Source: Nitrospinales bacterium (lineage in GTDB: Bacteria; Nitrospinota_A; UBA7883; JACRGQ01). From it: a stretch of DNA of 64,000 nt. Of the stretch, positions 35,442 through 44,049 are shown piece after piece (position 1 is the stretch's first letter; each line of letters begins with the position of its first letter). Under the pieces are notes generated by a model. It had not been told where the DNA came from. It was given only the letters and a program-made list of their open reading frames with translations, and did not search any database. The position numbers and the translations under genes are program-made. The DNA is taken from contig JAHFEK010000008.1 of assembly GCA_023248495.1 (NCBI GenBank), positions 1,920 through 65,919 of the forward strand, in the 5' to 3' direction.

Positions 35442-36892
35442 ACACCGCCGCCGCCGTACAAAATAGCCCTCTTGCCGAAGCGGAAATATCCGTTTTAGGA
35501 GGGGTGCTTTTCGAGGGGGATAAGCCGCTCCCAAATGCGGCCCTTGTCACGGCGCGGGAACACCTGACCAACGGGGAAGAGTTTTCCATCCCCCGGCACC
35601 GGATGATTTACGCGGCCATGATTCACCTTGCGGATCGTGGGGAGCCTATCGGCTTTGGCACCTTGTCCGCCGAAATACAAAAACGCGGCGGCGATGGGCG
35701 CGGGGAATTAAATTACCTTGTGGGGATCATGGAGGCCATACCCACCAGCGCAATGGTGGAGCCGTGCGCCCGCATCGTGAAAGAGGCGTATCAAAAACAG
35801 CGACTTGAAAACGCGCTTGTCGATGCGCGGGCGAACCTGAAAAATGGCGCGGAACGTGGCGCGGTGATTGCCGACCTGATCCCCTGCTTGCAGGAAATGG
35901 GGGAAGACGCGGAGCGAGCGGACAAAAAGAAGCGAAGCCTTGATAAGGTGATTCTGAATTGGCCGCAAGTTTTAAAGACCGAAATCCCGCCACTGGTAAT
36001 GATTCTTGCTTGGCTGAAAGCGGGATGCCTTGCGATGGTGTACGCGCCGCGTGGACTTGGGAAAACCTTTTTCGGCCTCTCCCTTGCGGTATGTATTGCG
36101 TGCGGTAAACCGTTTATGCGCTGGCCCGTACTGAATCCGTGCGGGGTGCTCTACATTGATGGGGAAATGCCACTGGCCGACCTACGGGAAAGATTAAGCG
36201 GTTTTATGGTTGCCCCCCCAACGGCTCCGCTCCTGACGCTCTCCCATGAAATTTTTTATCAAGAAGCGGATCGGGACTTGAATATCACCGATGATGGAAT
36301 CCAAAAAGCGATCCTTTCGTACCTTGACGAAAATCCTTTAATCCGCGTCCTGATTATAGACAACCTTTCGGCCCTGACCCGAATCCGGGAAGACAAGGGT
36401 GATGATTGGCGGGAATCGTTTTTCCCTTTCATCATGGCGTGTCGGCGGCGGCGCGTGGCCGTCCTGCTGGTACACCACGCCGGAAAGAATGGAGATCAGC
36501 GCGGCACCGGGGCGCGGGAAGACGCGCTGGATATAACCCTCAAACTGTCAAAGGCGGATGAAGACTACAAGGACGGCGCATATTTTCGCGTGGACTTTAC
36601 GAAGGCGCGGGGGGTGTATGGCGATACCGTCAAACCATTCACGGCCAAACTGGTAAAGGGGGCGGATGGGTTTTTCACTTGGACGCTCAAAGACGTGGAG
36701 GAAGACACGGAAAGCCGCCTTGTGAAGCTGATTGAAGAGACCGGCGGGATCAGCGTTACCGATGCGGCGGAAGAAATCGGCGTTACAAAATCCACAATCT
36801 CCAAAATGAAAAAGCGGCTTATAGATGCGGGTGCCATCAAAAAGACTTCGCCGGGTGCCCACACCCTTATGGAATTGGCGGGGGGATTATGA
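35438..36892 (+). CDS. Replication protein: DnaB-like N-terminal domain fused to RecA/AAA (RepA-like) ATPase
   Basis: The N-terminus (AEISVLGGVLFEG...IPRHRMIYAAM) is DnaB-N-like. Walker A is YAPRGLGKTFF and Walker B LIIDNLSAL. The C-terminus has an HTH (ISVTDAAEEIGVTKSTISKM). Confidence 0.75.
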   Translation: MNTAAAVQNSPLAEAEISVLGGVLFEGDKPLPNAALVTAREHLTNGEEFSIPRHRMIYAAMIHLADRGEPIGFGTLSAEIQKRGGDGRGELNYLVGIMEAIPTSAMVEPCARIVKEAYQKQRLENALVDARANLKNGAERGAVIADLIPCLQEMGEDAERADKKKRSLDKVILNWPQVLKTEIPPLVMILAWLKAGCLAMVYAPRGLGKTFFGLSLAVCIACGKPFMRWPVLNPCGVLYIDGEMPLADLRERLSGFMVAPPTAPLLTLSHEIFYQEADRDLNITDDGIQKAILSYLDENPLIRVLIIDNLSALTRIREDKGDDWRESFFPFIMACRRRRVAVLLVHHAGKNGDQRGTGAREDALDITLKLSKADEDYKDGAYFRVDFTKARGVYGDTVKPFTAKLVKGADGFFTWTLKDVEEDTESRLVKLIEETGGISVTDAAEEIGVTKSTISKMKKRLIDAGAIKKTSPGAHTLMELAGGL

Positions 36893-37102
36893 AAGTTTCC
36901 CAATTGTTTCCTCAAAGGTTTCCATACACCCCCGAAAGTTTCCTGTTTTTCTTGTGCAACGTTGCCCATGCGGAAATGGAAACTTTCACCGCTTCACCCT
37001 TGCAAACAAAGGGGATAATTGTTTCCAGCACAGGAAACTTTCAGGCCAAAGTTTCCACCCCCGGAAACAATTTGTTTCCTGATTGTTTCCCTGAAAGTTT
37101 CC
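36891..37102. repeat. Iteron cluster: at least 11 copies of GTTTCC-core motifs in both orientations (GAAAGTTTCC and TTGTTTCC types); candidate origin of replication
   Basis: Copies read at 36891, 36904, 36914, 36934, 36978(rc), 37019, 37033(rc), 37048, 37062(rc), 37072, 37083 and 37093. The cluster lies immediately 3' of the rep gene. Confidence 0.6.
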
Positions 37103-37115
37103 ACGGGGGGATGAT

Positions 37116-37718
37116 ATGAAGTGCCCCGGATGCGAAGCATATGTAAACCCGGCATGGGATAGATGCCACGCTTGCGGCGGCGCATTGAAGGGCGCGGCGT
37201 TTATTGAGACCGTGAAGCCGGACACCCCCGGCCCGGCACCGGAAGCCGACTTCCAGCGCGTGACCGACAGGCACCGGAACCGGGCGGCGCGGCTGACCCC
37301 TGACGGAACCGGGGAACTGATAGCCAAAGCATGGCCGGGACTTCATCGGCGGATCGTAGCGGCTGACGCGGAGCTTAACCGGCTATGGCTTGCGGCCCGC
37401 CGGGGGAATCAGCCATACCCCCAAACCTTCCCGGCGTTCGTGGCCGCTTGCCGGACGTGGACGCAGTTGAACCTACAGGCCGCCCGGTATGTCCGCTACC
37501 TCGACCGGGGGATCAGGCGTATCTACAGCCGCAAGGTGGACGGCTGGATTTATCTTGTGCGCGACAAGGCCTCCGTGCGTGGTGTGCGGCTCCGGCCCGC
37601 TGGGGTGGTGTATAGCCTCAAAGAGTGCGCCGCCTTGGTGGATGTGAACCCCAGCGCGGATGAACTGCGAATGCTACACAGGGCAAAGATGATGTTTCAG
37701 GGGGAGCTTTCCGCCTGA
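37116..37718 (+). CDS. Hypothetical protein with N-terminal zinc-ribbon (CPGC...CHAC)
   Basis: 200-aa ORF beginning MKCPGCEAYVNPAWDRCHACGG. Confidence 0.5.
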   Translation: MKCPGCEAYVNPAWDRCHACGGALKGAAFIETVKPDTPGPAPEADFQRVTDRHRNRAARLTPDGTGELIAKAWPGLHRRIVAADAELNRLWLAARRGNQPYPQTFPAFVAACRTWTQLNLQAARYVRYLDRGIRRIYSRKVDGWIYLVRDKASVRGVRLRPAGVVYSLKECAALVDVNPSADELRMLHRAKMMFQGELSA

Positions 37719-37749
37719 TATTTGCAGGAAATTTACAGGAGATTAATGC

Positions 37750-38175
37750 ATGGCGAAATTCAAACGTGGAAAAAGCGGGAACCCAAAGGGAAAGCCCAAA
37801 GGTTCGCCGGATAAGCGCACAGCCTACCGGGAACTGTTAAGCGAACGCGCCCCGGAACTGGTGGACATACTTGTTAAAAACGCGCTTGAGGGGGACACGG
37901 CGGCGTTAAGAATCTGCATTGACCGGATCATCCCCCCGATGAGGGCGGTTGACGGCGCGGTATCGGTGGATGTTTCCGGCCCCACGCTTACGGCAAAGGG
38001 GGACGCGATTATCAAGGCGATGGGAGCCGGTACGCTTACGCCGGATCAGGCGGCGACATTGCTACAGGCAATTGGCGCACAGGCGCGGATTGTCGAAATA
38101 GACGAGTTGGAAAAACGGCTTTCAGCGTTGGAAGCCAAAAGCGAAAACAAATCATTGAAAGGGAAACGACCATGA
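37750..38175 (+). CDS. DUF5681-family protein (small-terminase-like)
   Basis: N-terminus FKRGKSGNPKGKPKGSPDKRT, typical of DUF5681 proteins encoded next to phage terminase genes. Confidence 0.6.
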   Translation: MAKFKRGKSGNPKGKPKGSPDKRTAYRELLSERAPELVDILVKNALEGDTAALRICIDRIIPPMRAVDGAVSVDVSGPTLTAKGDAIIKAMGAGTLTPDQAATLLQAIGAQARIVEIDELEKRLSALEAKSENKSLKGKRP

Positions 38176-38363
38176 GTAACATTGAAAAACGCATTACAAA
38201 GCTTGAAGGCACTCGTACCGACCAAAAAAAGCTTGAGGAATATATAAAGTTTCTGAATGACGTAAGAGGTGACGATAAACCGCCCTTAACATTGGCGGAC
38301 TTTCCCGAAGATTACGAAATACCCAGCCATGAGGAAGCCTTAGAAGAACTGGAAAGGAATTGA
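38172..38363 (+). CDS. Small coiled-coil protein (paralog 1)
   Basis: 63 aa, MSNIEKRITKLEG... The start overlaps the upstream stop. Confidence 0.45.
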   Translation: MSNIEKRITKLEGTRTDQKKLEEYIKFLNDVRGDDKPPLTLADFPEDYEIPSHEEALEELERN

Positions 38364-38557
38364 CTATGAGCGGAATTGAAAAACGGATTGAAAAGCTGGA
38401 AGAGAAAACCGAAGATAAAAAAACGGATCTTTGGTGCGTGGAAGGTGAACCCGGCGAGAGTGCCGAAGATGCTGTAATCCGCGACTGCAAAGAGCGCGGA
38501 ATAAGCAGGGAGATTTTTGATAAAGGGATGCCGCTTGTTATCGTCATAGACAAATGA
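38360..38557 (+). CDS. Small coiled-coil protein (paralog 2)
   Basis: 65 aa, MTMSGIEKRIEKLEE... The start overlaps the upstream stop. It shares the IEKRIxKLE N-terminus with 38172..38363. Confidence 0.45.
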   Translation: MTMSGIEKRIEKLEEKTEDKKTDLWCVEGEPGESAEDAVIRDCKERGISREIFDKGMPLVIVIDK

Positions 38558-38826
38558 TGGAGGGAGGCGGCAACAAATCCCCGCACGGCGGCGTGGGCGG
38601 GAAAAAAACCCGGAAAAGAAAAAGGCCCATTACTCCAAGAGGGGTCTACTCTCATCCCCAAGGATAGTGGCGGAACGCCTCCCGCTCCGCACAATGGGCC
38701 AAAATCCTACTATCGAAAAAACGGGCGACGAGTGATTGCTGCGCCTGATTATCAATCTAAGACTGCGAACCAAACGGCCTACACTCAAACGTTCGAAACG
38801 CTCCGCCCTGATTCCACATAGAAAAA

Positions 38827-39189
38827 ATGTACATGTCCGGTTCAGGCGAACATATAGAACCCGGCGGCGCGGCCCCTGAACAGCATTCTCCACCTTCGTC
38901 ATCCGTAGAATCGCACGAAAAGGGAACGGAAGTCAAACCTACCTCGCCACCTTTTCCACATCCACCAGATTACAGGGAAATTATCCGCCCCGTTGACGGG
39001 CGCGGGGATGAAAAACCCGTGAATAAACCCAAAAAATGTTTTATGCCGCCAAGAATTGCGGAAAGAACATTTCATCCCCCAGTGATTTTTCAGCCAAAAC
39101 GCGCCCGCGAGAGAGTGGGTAAATGGGAAATATACGGGAAAAACCCCGCTAGCAGGGAATTTTCAGGGATGAAATGCGTTTCACCCTGA
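38827..39189 (+). CDS. Hypothetical Pro-rich protein
   Basis: 120-aa low-complexity ORF with no homology recognised. It may be non-coding. Confidence 0.2.
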   Translation: MYMSGSGEHIEPGGAAPEQHSPPSSSVESHEKGTEVKPTSPPFPHPPDYREIIRPVDGRGDEKPVNKPKKCFMPPRIAERTFHPPVIFQPKRARERVGKWEIYGKNPASREFSGMKCVSP

Positions 39190-39259
39190 ATTTATGCGGA
39201 TGGAATGAGACTTTATAACTTGGAAAGACGCGCGGGGGTGGATCATGACTTTCCCTTGC

Positions 39260-39279
39260 GGGGAACCATAGGGGAACCA
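39260..39279 (+). promoter_or_regulatory. Two direct GGGGAACCA repeats near the right end: candidate arm-type integrase sites
   Basis: Copies at 39260 and 39271, part of the 24-mer shared with 31901..31924. Confidence 0.4.
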
Positions 39280-39317
39280 TTATTTTTAGGGGTTGAGACA
39301 GGCCATGTACATATTTG

Positions 39318-39369
39318 AAAAAATGGAGCCGGTGCGGGGAATTGAACCCCGGGCCTACTGATTACGAAT
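39318..39369. repeat. 52-bp direct repeat (att, right), overlapping the 3' part of tRNA-Thr
   Basis: Identical to 31723..31774. Confidence 0.85.
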
Positions 39370-39398
39370 CAGTTGCTCTACCCCTGAGCTACACCGGC
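39324..39398 (-). tRNA. tRNA-Thr (anticodon CGU), CCA encoded
   Basis: Manual fold. Acceptor GCCGGTG/CACCGGC, D arm GCTC-AGGGGTA-GAGC, anticodon arm ACTGA-TTCGTAA-TCAGT, T arm CGGGG-TTCAATT-CCCCG, discriminator T, then CCA. Confidence 0.9.
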
Positions 39399-39475
39399 CA
39401 TGTCGAAAGCACGGATGGGAAGGTATCATAGCGGCCACGCGCCGTCAACGAATCCATCCATCAATCCATAAGAAT

Positions 39476-39505
39476 AAAAAACCGGCGGCCGTTGCCAGCC
39501 GCCGG
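39476..39505 (-). terminator. Rho-independent terminator of the DUF507 operon
   Basis: On the minus strand: CCGGCGGC-loop-GCCGCCGG followed by TTTTTT. It lies 26 nt after the stop at 39531. Confidence 0.6.
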
Positions 39506-39530
39506 CGATTACACATCCGATCCACCACAG

Positions 39531-39815
39531 CTAGATATTGATGCCGCGCCGCTTCTTGAATTCCTCGGCGTAATGGCGCTGATACACCACATCCCATTCG
39601 GCGCTTCCTTCGCGGATGTCGCGGCCATAGGATCCGATGGTCTTGCGCACGGCATGTTCGATATCTTCTTCGATCTTCACTTCGTCCTGCATCACCCGCA
39701 CGATTTCCAGCCGGACTTCGTTTTCCTCCAGGAAGTATTCCACCCGGTCGTCGGCCAGCAACGATTTAAGGATCACCTGAGAGAGGTGATTTATTTTTTC
39801 TCTCGACAACCTCAC
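39531..39815 (-). CDS. DUF507-family protein
   Basis: The GTG start overlaps the upstream stop (GTGA). REKINHLSQVILKSLLADDRVEYF...EWDVVYQRHYAEEFKKR. Confidence 0.6.
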   Translation of the reverse strand: MRLSREKINHLSQVILKSLLADDRVEYFLEENEVRLEIVRVMQDEVKIEEDIEHAVRKTIGSYGRDIREGSAEWDVVYQRHYAEEFKKRRGINI

Positions 39816-40093
39816 AGTATCAGCCCCCTTTCGCGCGCCAGCTTGTTTTTCACCATCTGGAACATTTTGCGGTAGTTGATATTGTTTTCGCCCAACGAGC
39901 CTTCCTGCTCGGCGAGAATCGCCTTCACTTCTTCGTTCAAGCGTTCTTCCACTCCCAGGTCGTTTAAGATGGCGCCTTCCACAACGTCTATGACCGATTC
40001 TGCATCGCAATCGAATTCGATAGCCTGTTTTTCGGTCAGACGGCCAACTATCCTTTTAGAGAGATAGCGGACAACTTCTTTCTTCACTTTCAT
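39812..40093 (-). CDS. DUF507-family protein
   Basis: 93 aa. VVRYLSKRIVGRLTEKQAIEF...YRKMFQMVKNKLARERGLIL. Forms a tandem paralog pair, as is usual for DUF507. Confidence 0.6.
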   Translation of the reverse strand: MKVKKEVVRYLSKRIVGRLTEKQAIEFDCDAESVIDVVEGAILNDLGVEERLNEEVKAILAEQEGSLGENNINYRKMFQMVKNKLARERGLIL

Positions 40094-40120
40094 TCCGTTC
40101 TGTTCCTTCCCATAAATGAG

Positions 40121-40954
40121 TTACGCGGCGACGAAGTCGCGCAGCGGATTGAGCGCCATAAATTCCACCAGCCGCTCGCCGGTAAGGCCGGCGGCCAAAA
40201 TTTTGCGGGGTGAGTTGGCGTTGCCGTGAAAGTCGCTCCCGCCTGAAAGACCGATCTTGAAACGTTTTGCCCAGTCGAAGCATTTTTCCACGCTTGCCAA
40301 GGTATGCGACGGATGGAACGCCTCGATGCCGTTCAGCCCGCACTCCACCAACTCGGGTATCAGCGCGGAGGTGTTGTTGGAATACGGGTGGGCGAGGAAA
40401 GCGATGCCCCCCGCTTTGTGGATCAGCCGGATAGCGGCCACGGGCGAGAAGAAGTTCACCGCCTCGTAAGCGGTGGCGTTATCGCCAATATAGAGGTTAA
40501 AGGCGCGTTCGACGCTCGGGGTCAGCCCTTTTTTCACCATGAAGCGGGCAAGGTTCAGCCGGTTGTAGGATCGTTTTTCCAGCGATTCCGCCAGCTCGTC
40601 CTTATCCAGCCGCACTTTGCCGGCGGTGTTGAGCTTGTCCACAATATCCAGCAGCCGTTTTTCACGCCGCGCGGCTATGTTGTCCAGCGTTTCCAAAAGC
40701 GGGGCATACGCGGTGTTTATGTAATAACCGAGCAGATGCACTTCTTTCCCCTCAAGGGTGGAAGTCAGTTCAATGCCGGGAATGAGCGTCGCTTTGTCGG
40801 TTTTGGCTTGTTCAATCCCCTTGACGGAGTCGTGATCGGTGATGGAAAAGGCCTTGAGCCCCTTGTCGACGACCAGTTGGGCCAGCTCTTCGGGACTATT
40901 CAGCCCGTCGGAGAATGTCGAATGCAAATGCAAATCGGCGACAATCTCCGGCAT
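40121..40954 (-). CDS. PHP-domain phosphoesterase (TrpH/YciV-like)
   Basis: DLHLHSTFSDG...ITDHDSV...AHP...GGSDFHG metal-binding motifs. Confidence 0.8.
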   Translation of the reverse strand: MPEIVADLHLHSTFSDGLNSPEELAQLVVDKGLKAFSITDHDSVKGIEQAKTDKATLIPGIELTSTLEGKEVHLLGYYINTAYAPLLETLDNIAARREKRLLDIVDKLNTAGKVRLDKDELAESLEKRSYNRLNLARFMVKKGLTPSVERAFNLYIGDNATAYEAVNFFSPVAAIRLIHKAGGIAFLAHPYSNNTSALIPELVECGLNGIEAFHPSHTLASVEKCFDWAKRFKIGLSGGSDFHGNANSPRKILAAGLTGERLVEFMALNPLRDFVAA

Positions 40955-41228
40955 ACGCCCTCCTGAAAACGGGTTGGCCGTTTAAATGCACAACCGTTCA
41001 TATTCAACCATCTTCAAACTGTTAATCTCAATGGGCAATATAATACAATTTGATGAAGCGATTGTAAACCGAATACATGCCCGAGGTGCGCAAAAACCGT
41101 TACTTTTCAACTATAAAGCGGTTTTTTGCCACAAAAGCTGTGAATTCCGTTTGCTCAATGGTACAATCAGAAATCAATGGATAGGGAGAAGAGTTCACTT
41201 TTTAAAACAATGTATTACCGGTGCATTT

Positions 41229-41771
41229 ATGAAAGAAGCTATACGAACTGGGATACTGGCGCCCACCTTCGACTTGCCCGGAGTGGATGGAAAGAACCAT
41301 ACACTTACGGAAATATTGGGGGGACGCCGAGCGGCGGTGATCCTCTTCTGGTGTAATCACTGCCCCTACGTCAGTTCCTACGAAGAACGGATAAAAAAGA
41401 TGGCGCAACGGTATGCGTCGAAAGGGGTGGCGTTCGTTCTCATTAATTCCGATAGCGAAGCTGCGCACCCTGAAGACTCGATGGACAATATGAAAAAGCG
41501 GGCTGCCGCCGCAGGATACCTTTTCCCCTACCTGCGCGACAAGGATGCCACGGTTGCGCTTGCTTACGAGGCGGACACAATCCCCGAAGCGTTTGTGGTG
41601 GATGCAACGGGCGCCGTCCGCTACGCCGGAAAAATAGACGACTGCTGGCAGAGCGAACGCCGCGTGAAGCGCCAGCCCCTGCGCGATGCGTTGGAGGATG
41701 TGCTGCACGACCGCGACGTGGCGGTGAAAACCGCCGCCCCCGTCGGTTGCGCCATCAAGCGCGAGGCATAG
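41229..41771 (+). CDS. Thioredoxin-fold thiol-disulfide oxidoreductase (AhpC/TSA-like, CxxC)
   Basis: APTFDLPGVDGKNHTL...ILFWCNHCPYV. Start set at the internal ATG 41229. Confidence 0.7.
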   Translation: MKEAIRTGILAPTFDLPGVDGKNHTLTEILGGRRAAVILFWCNHCPYVSSYEERIKKMAQRYASKGVAFVLINSDSEAAHPEDSMDNMKKRAAAAGYLFPYLRDKDATVALAYEADTIPEAFVVDATGAVRYAGKIDDCWQSERRVKRQPLRDALEDVLHDRDVAVKTAAPVGCAIKREA

Positions 41772-41795
41772 CCCGCGCCCTCTCGAAGGGGCGGG

Positions 41796-42431
41796 TTAAT
41801 CCTTCGCGGCGGTTTCCAGAGCTTTCAAGAGCGCTTCGGGCGGCTGGGCTCCCTTCACCATATACTTCCTGTTGATGATAAAACAGGGGACGGCGTTGAC
41901 GCCCAGTTCGCGCCCTTCCGCCTCGTCGTCCCGCACTTCCTTGGAATAGCCGCCGCCATCCAACAGTGTGGCCGTTTCATTCGGTGGAATGCCGATCTCC
42001 CCCGCCAGTTCCGCCAGAACCGCCCTGTCGCCGATTTGTTTTCCTTCAACAAAATAGGCGGCAAAAAGCCGTTCTTCCGCCTTGTCCTGAGCGCCGTATT
42101 TGGCCGCCAGATGCACCAGGCGATGGGCGTTGAACGTGTTCGTGGGAGCCGTTCGGTCAAGGGCGAACGTAAGGCCCGCGCCGGCCGCCATGTCCGCCAC
42201 CTGCGCAGTGGCTTTCTTCGCCCATTCCACGGACTGACCGTATTTGGCCGCCAGCGACTCGTGGATGGAAACCCCCGGCTTAAATATCGCGCCCGGATCC
42301 AGCTCGAAACTTTTCCAAGTAATAGTTACTCGATCCTTGTGCGCGAACCGGCCAAGGGCGGTCTCAAAGGTGCGTTTGCCTATGTAGCAAAACGGGCAGA
42401 CCAAGTCCGACCATATTTCAACGGTAATCAT
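41796..42431 (-). CDS. DsbA-family oxidoreductase (FrnE-like)
   Basis: ITVEIWSDLVCPFCYIGK N-terminal motif. 211 aa. Confidence 0.8.
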   Translation of the reverse strand: MITVEIWSDLVCPFCYIGKRTFETALGRFAHKDRVTITWKSFELDPGAIFKPGVSIHESLAAKYGQSVEWAKKATAQVADMAAGAGLTFALDRTAPTNTFNAHRLVHLAAKYGAQDKAEERLFAAYFVEGKQIGDRAVLAELAGEIGIPPNETATLLDGGGYSKEVRDDEAEGRELGVNAVPCFIINRKYMVKGAQPPEALLKALETAAKD

Positions 42432-42505
42432 GTTTTCCCGGCATCTCCCATATGACCATTATTGAACGCCTTTTAAGGGTGCGGGCGGGCAGGCGGCGCA
42501 GCCTA

Positions 42506-42910
42506 CTATTTGATTTTTCTTTTTACAAACGCCACTGCTTTTTCGGCCTTGCCAATAGCTTCCTGCGCTTCGTCCAGCAGAATTTCCCGCCAATCGTCGG
42601 GGTATCTTTCCGTTACAGCGTAGGTAGTCATACCTTCCACCAGTGTAATCAGTTCGAGAAAAGCCTCATCAGACTTTCCGCAAAGTCTGACCAGTTTCGT
42701 CAAGTCATGGGTTTTTGGAAATTCTGTGCCCATTTCTACCAAAAAGGCTTTTAGGGATTTCTCAATTGCCTGTTGGGAGTGAAAGCATACGTCCTCGGTA
42801 ATGGGAGGGTTGGCCTGCAGGGACGCATGGCCGGCCCTTAGATCATTTTCCCCCTTTGTGAGCCAATGCTCGACAGCCGTTCGTTTTCTGTCAACCATAA
42901 CAAACGACAC
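42506..42910 (-). CDS. HEPN-domain protein (toxin of an HEPN/MNT pair)
   Basis: 134 aa. CFHSQQAIEKSLKAFL and a ...ERYP... context (Rx4-6H-type region). The start overlaps the upstream MNT gene. Confidence 0.7.
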   Translation of the reverse strand: MSFVMVDRKRTAVEHWLTKGENDLRAGHASLQANPPITEDVCFHSQQAIEKSLKAFLVEMGTEFPKTHDLTKLVRLCGKSDEAFLELITLVEGMTTYAVTERYPDDWREILLDEAQEAIGKAEKAVAFVKRKIK

Positions 42911-43196
42911 CCCTATGGCTTACTTCGTAGGCTAAAGTATTCACAACTTTTTTATAATCTTCAAGATGATCTGGCCGCATAACGAAAACATCCATGGAGA
43001 AATCACGGTCATTAAAAAGCCTGTCAATCTCCACCTCGATTTCACGTCTTGATTTCGGCCCCGAATAGACCACGACTAAATCAACGTCGCTTTCCTCGGT
43101 GGCCGTGCCTTTGGCGCGGGAGCCAAAAAGAATGATTTTGTCGGGGTGTATCGCCTCGGCAATTCTCCGCGTGATTTTTTCTACCAAAGCATCCAT
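42891..43196 (-). CDS. Nucleotidyltransferase-domain protein (MNT antitoxin)
   Basis: ILFGSRAKGTATEESDVDLVVV is the GSxxxG...DxD motif. Start set at ATG 43196. Confidence 0.7.
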   Translation of the reverse strand: MDALVEKITRRIAEAIHPDKIILFGSRAKGTATEESDVDLVVVYSGPKSRREIEVEIDRLFNDRDFSMDVFVMRPDHLEDYKKVVNTLAYEVSHRGVVCYG

Positions 43197-43305
43197 ACTT
43201 AAACTATATGGAAAGGCGGGCTTTATCGCAAGTCTAAATGGCACCCCGACAAATGCTACAGAGCAATATCTGATCCCGTCCCCCTTTTCCACTAGAGCGG
43301 CGTTA

Positions 43306-43836
43306 TCAGTATTCTTTAATTATCTGACTCCGCTTTGTCTTGTACTCTTCCGCTTTATGGCCTTTAGAGCCTTTGCTGCAATCATAAGTCCGCCCAGACA
43401 AGACCAATGCGGCCCCACCCGTTGCGGGGCTCCATACAATATGAGTACTGCCGTTATTTGCGGTCTGCCCAAGTGCATCTTCTTTCGCGTGTGCAACCAA
43501 ATTGCCCGAACTTGTACCAGCTACTAAGGCAATAAATTGGCAACCTGCAACCGCAGATTCATCAACTTCGACGACTTTGTTTGAAAACGTATATCCGTCA
43601 TTAGTGATGCCTTTATTAAAGTCCCAATTTTTACATTTATCGACCTAACCTCATCTTTGTTAATTGAAAAGATCCTCGCCTTCGTTTTGATGACGATAGA
43701 AGTGTTATCCATTCCAACAATGGCACCATTTAAGACAATCCCATCATCTAAAGTGACCGTATCGGCATAAGCATAATTAGATGATATGACTGATAGTCAG
43801 AAGAGACGCGCACACTGCCATGTAATAAGCTTTCAT
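43306..43836 (-). pseudogene. Secreted-protein gene disrupted by two frameshifts
   Basis: The signal peptide MKAYYMAVCASLLTISHII stops. The reading continues in a second frame (SNYAYADTVTLDDGIVLNG...EVRS), then in a third (DKCKNWDFNKG...KRSQIIKEY). The patch is AT-rich. Confidence 0.35.
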
Positions 43837-44049
43837 AATTCCCTCTACCGCAATCCTACACCTGTCGGTAGAATCTGCATATACCTCGAAAGGGTAAGAT
43901 TTTCACCTAATGGGCAACGGAACGCGGGAACGGGGCCAAATCTTGATTTGTAGCATTTGGCGGGATGCCATTCTCCGGCGGCGAAGAGAAAAAAAGGGGG
44001 GGCGTGAAATTGCTATTTTATGCCTTTCTTCGGCTTCGTGATTGGAACG

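Larger units (their letters stand above)
31723..39369 (+). mobile_element. 7.6-kb integrative element in tRNA-Thr (satellite/PICI-like: int, alpA-like, DnaB-N/AAA rep, iteron ori, TerS-like; no virion structural genes)
   Basis: Bounded by 52-bp perfect direct repeats. Carries a P4-type integrase, arm-type repeats near both ends, and a replication module with iterons. Confidence 0.75.

Noticed and set aside
36891-37102. Possible CRISPR array or minisatellite, given the many GTTTCC repeats
   Set aside because: The units are only 8-10 nt long, occur in both orientations and have irregular spacing of 10-40 nt. There are no cas genes. The position right after a rep gene fits iterons instead.
40304-40966. 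220-aa plus-strand ORF opposite the PHP-domain gene
   Set aside because: Shadow ORF. The minus frame carries the PHP metal-binding motifs.
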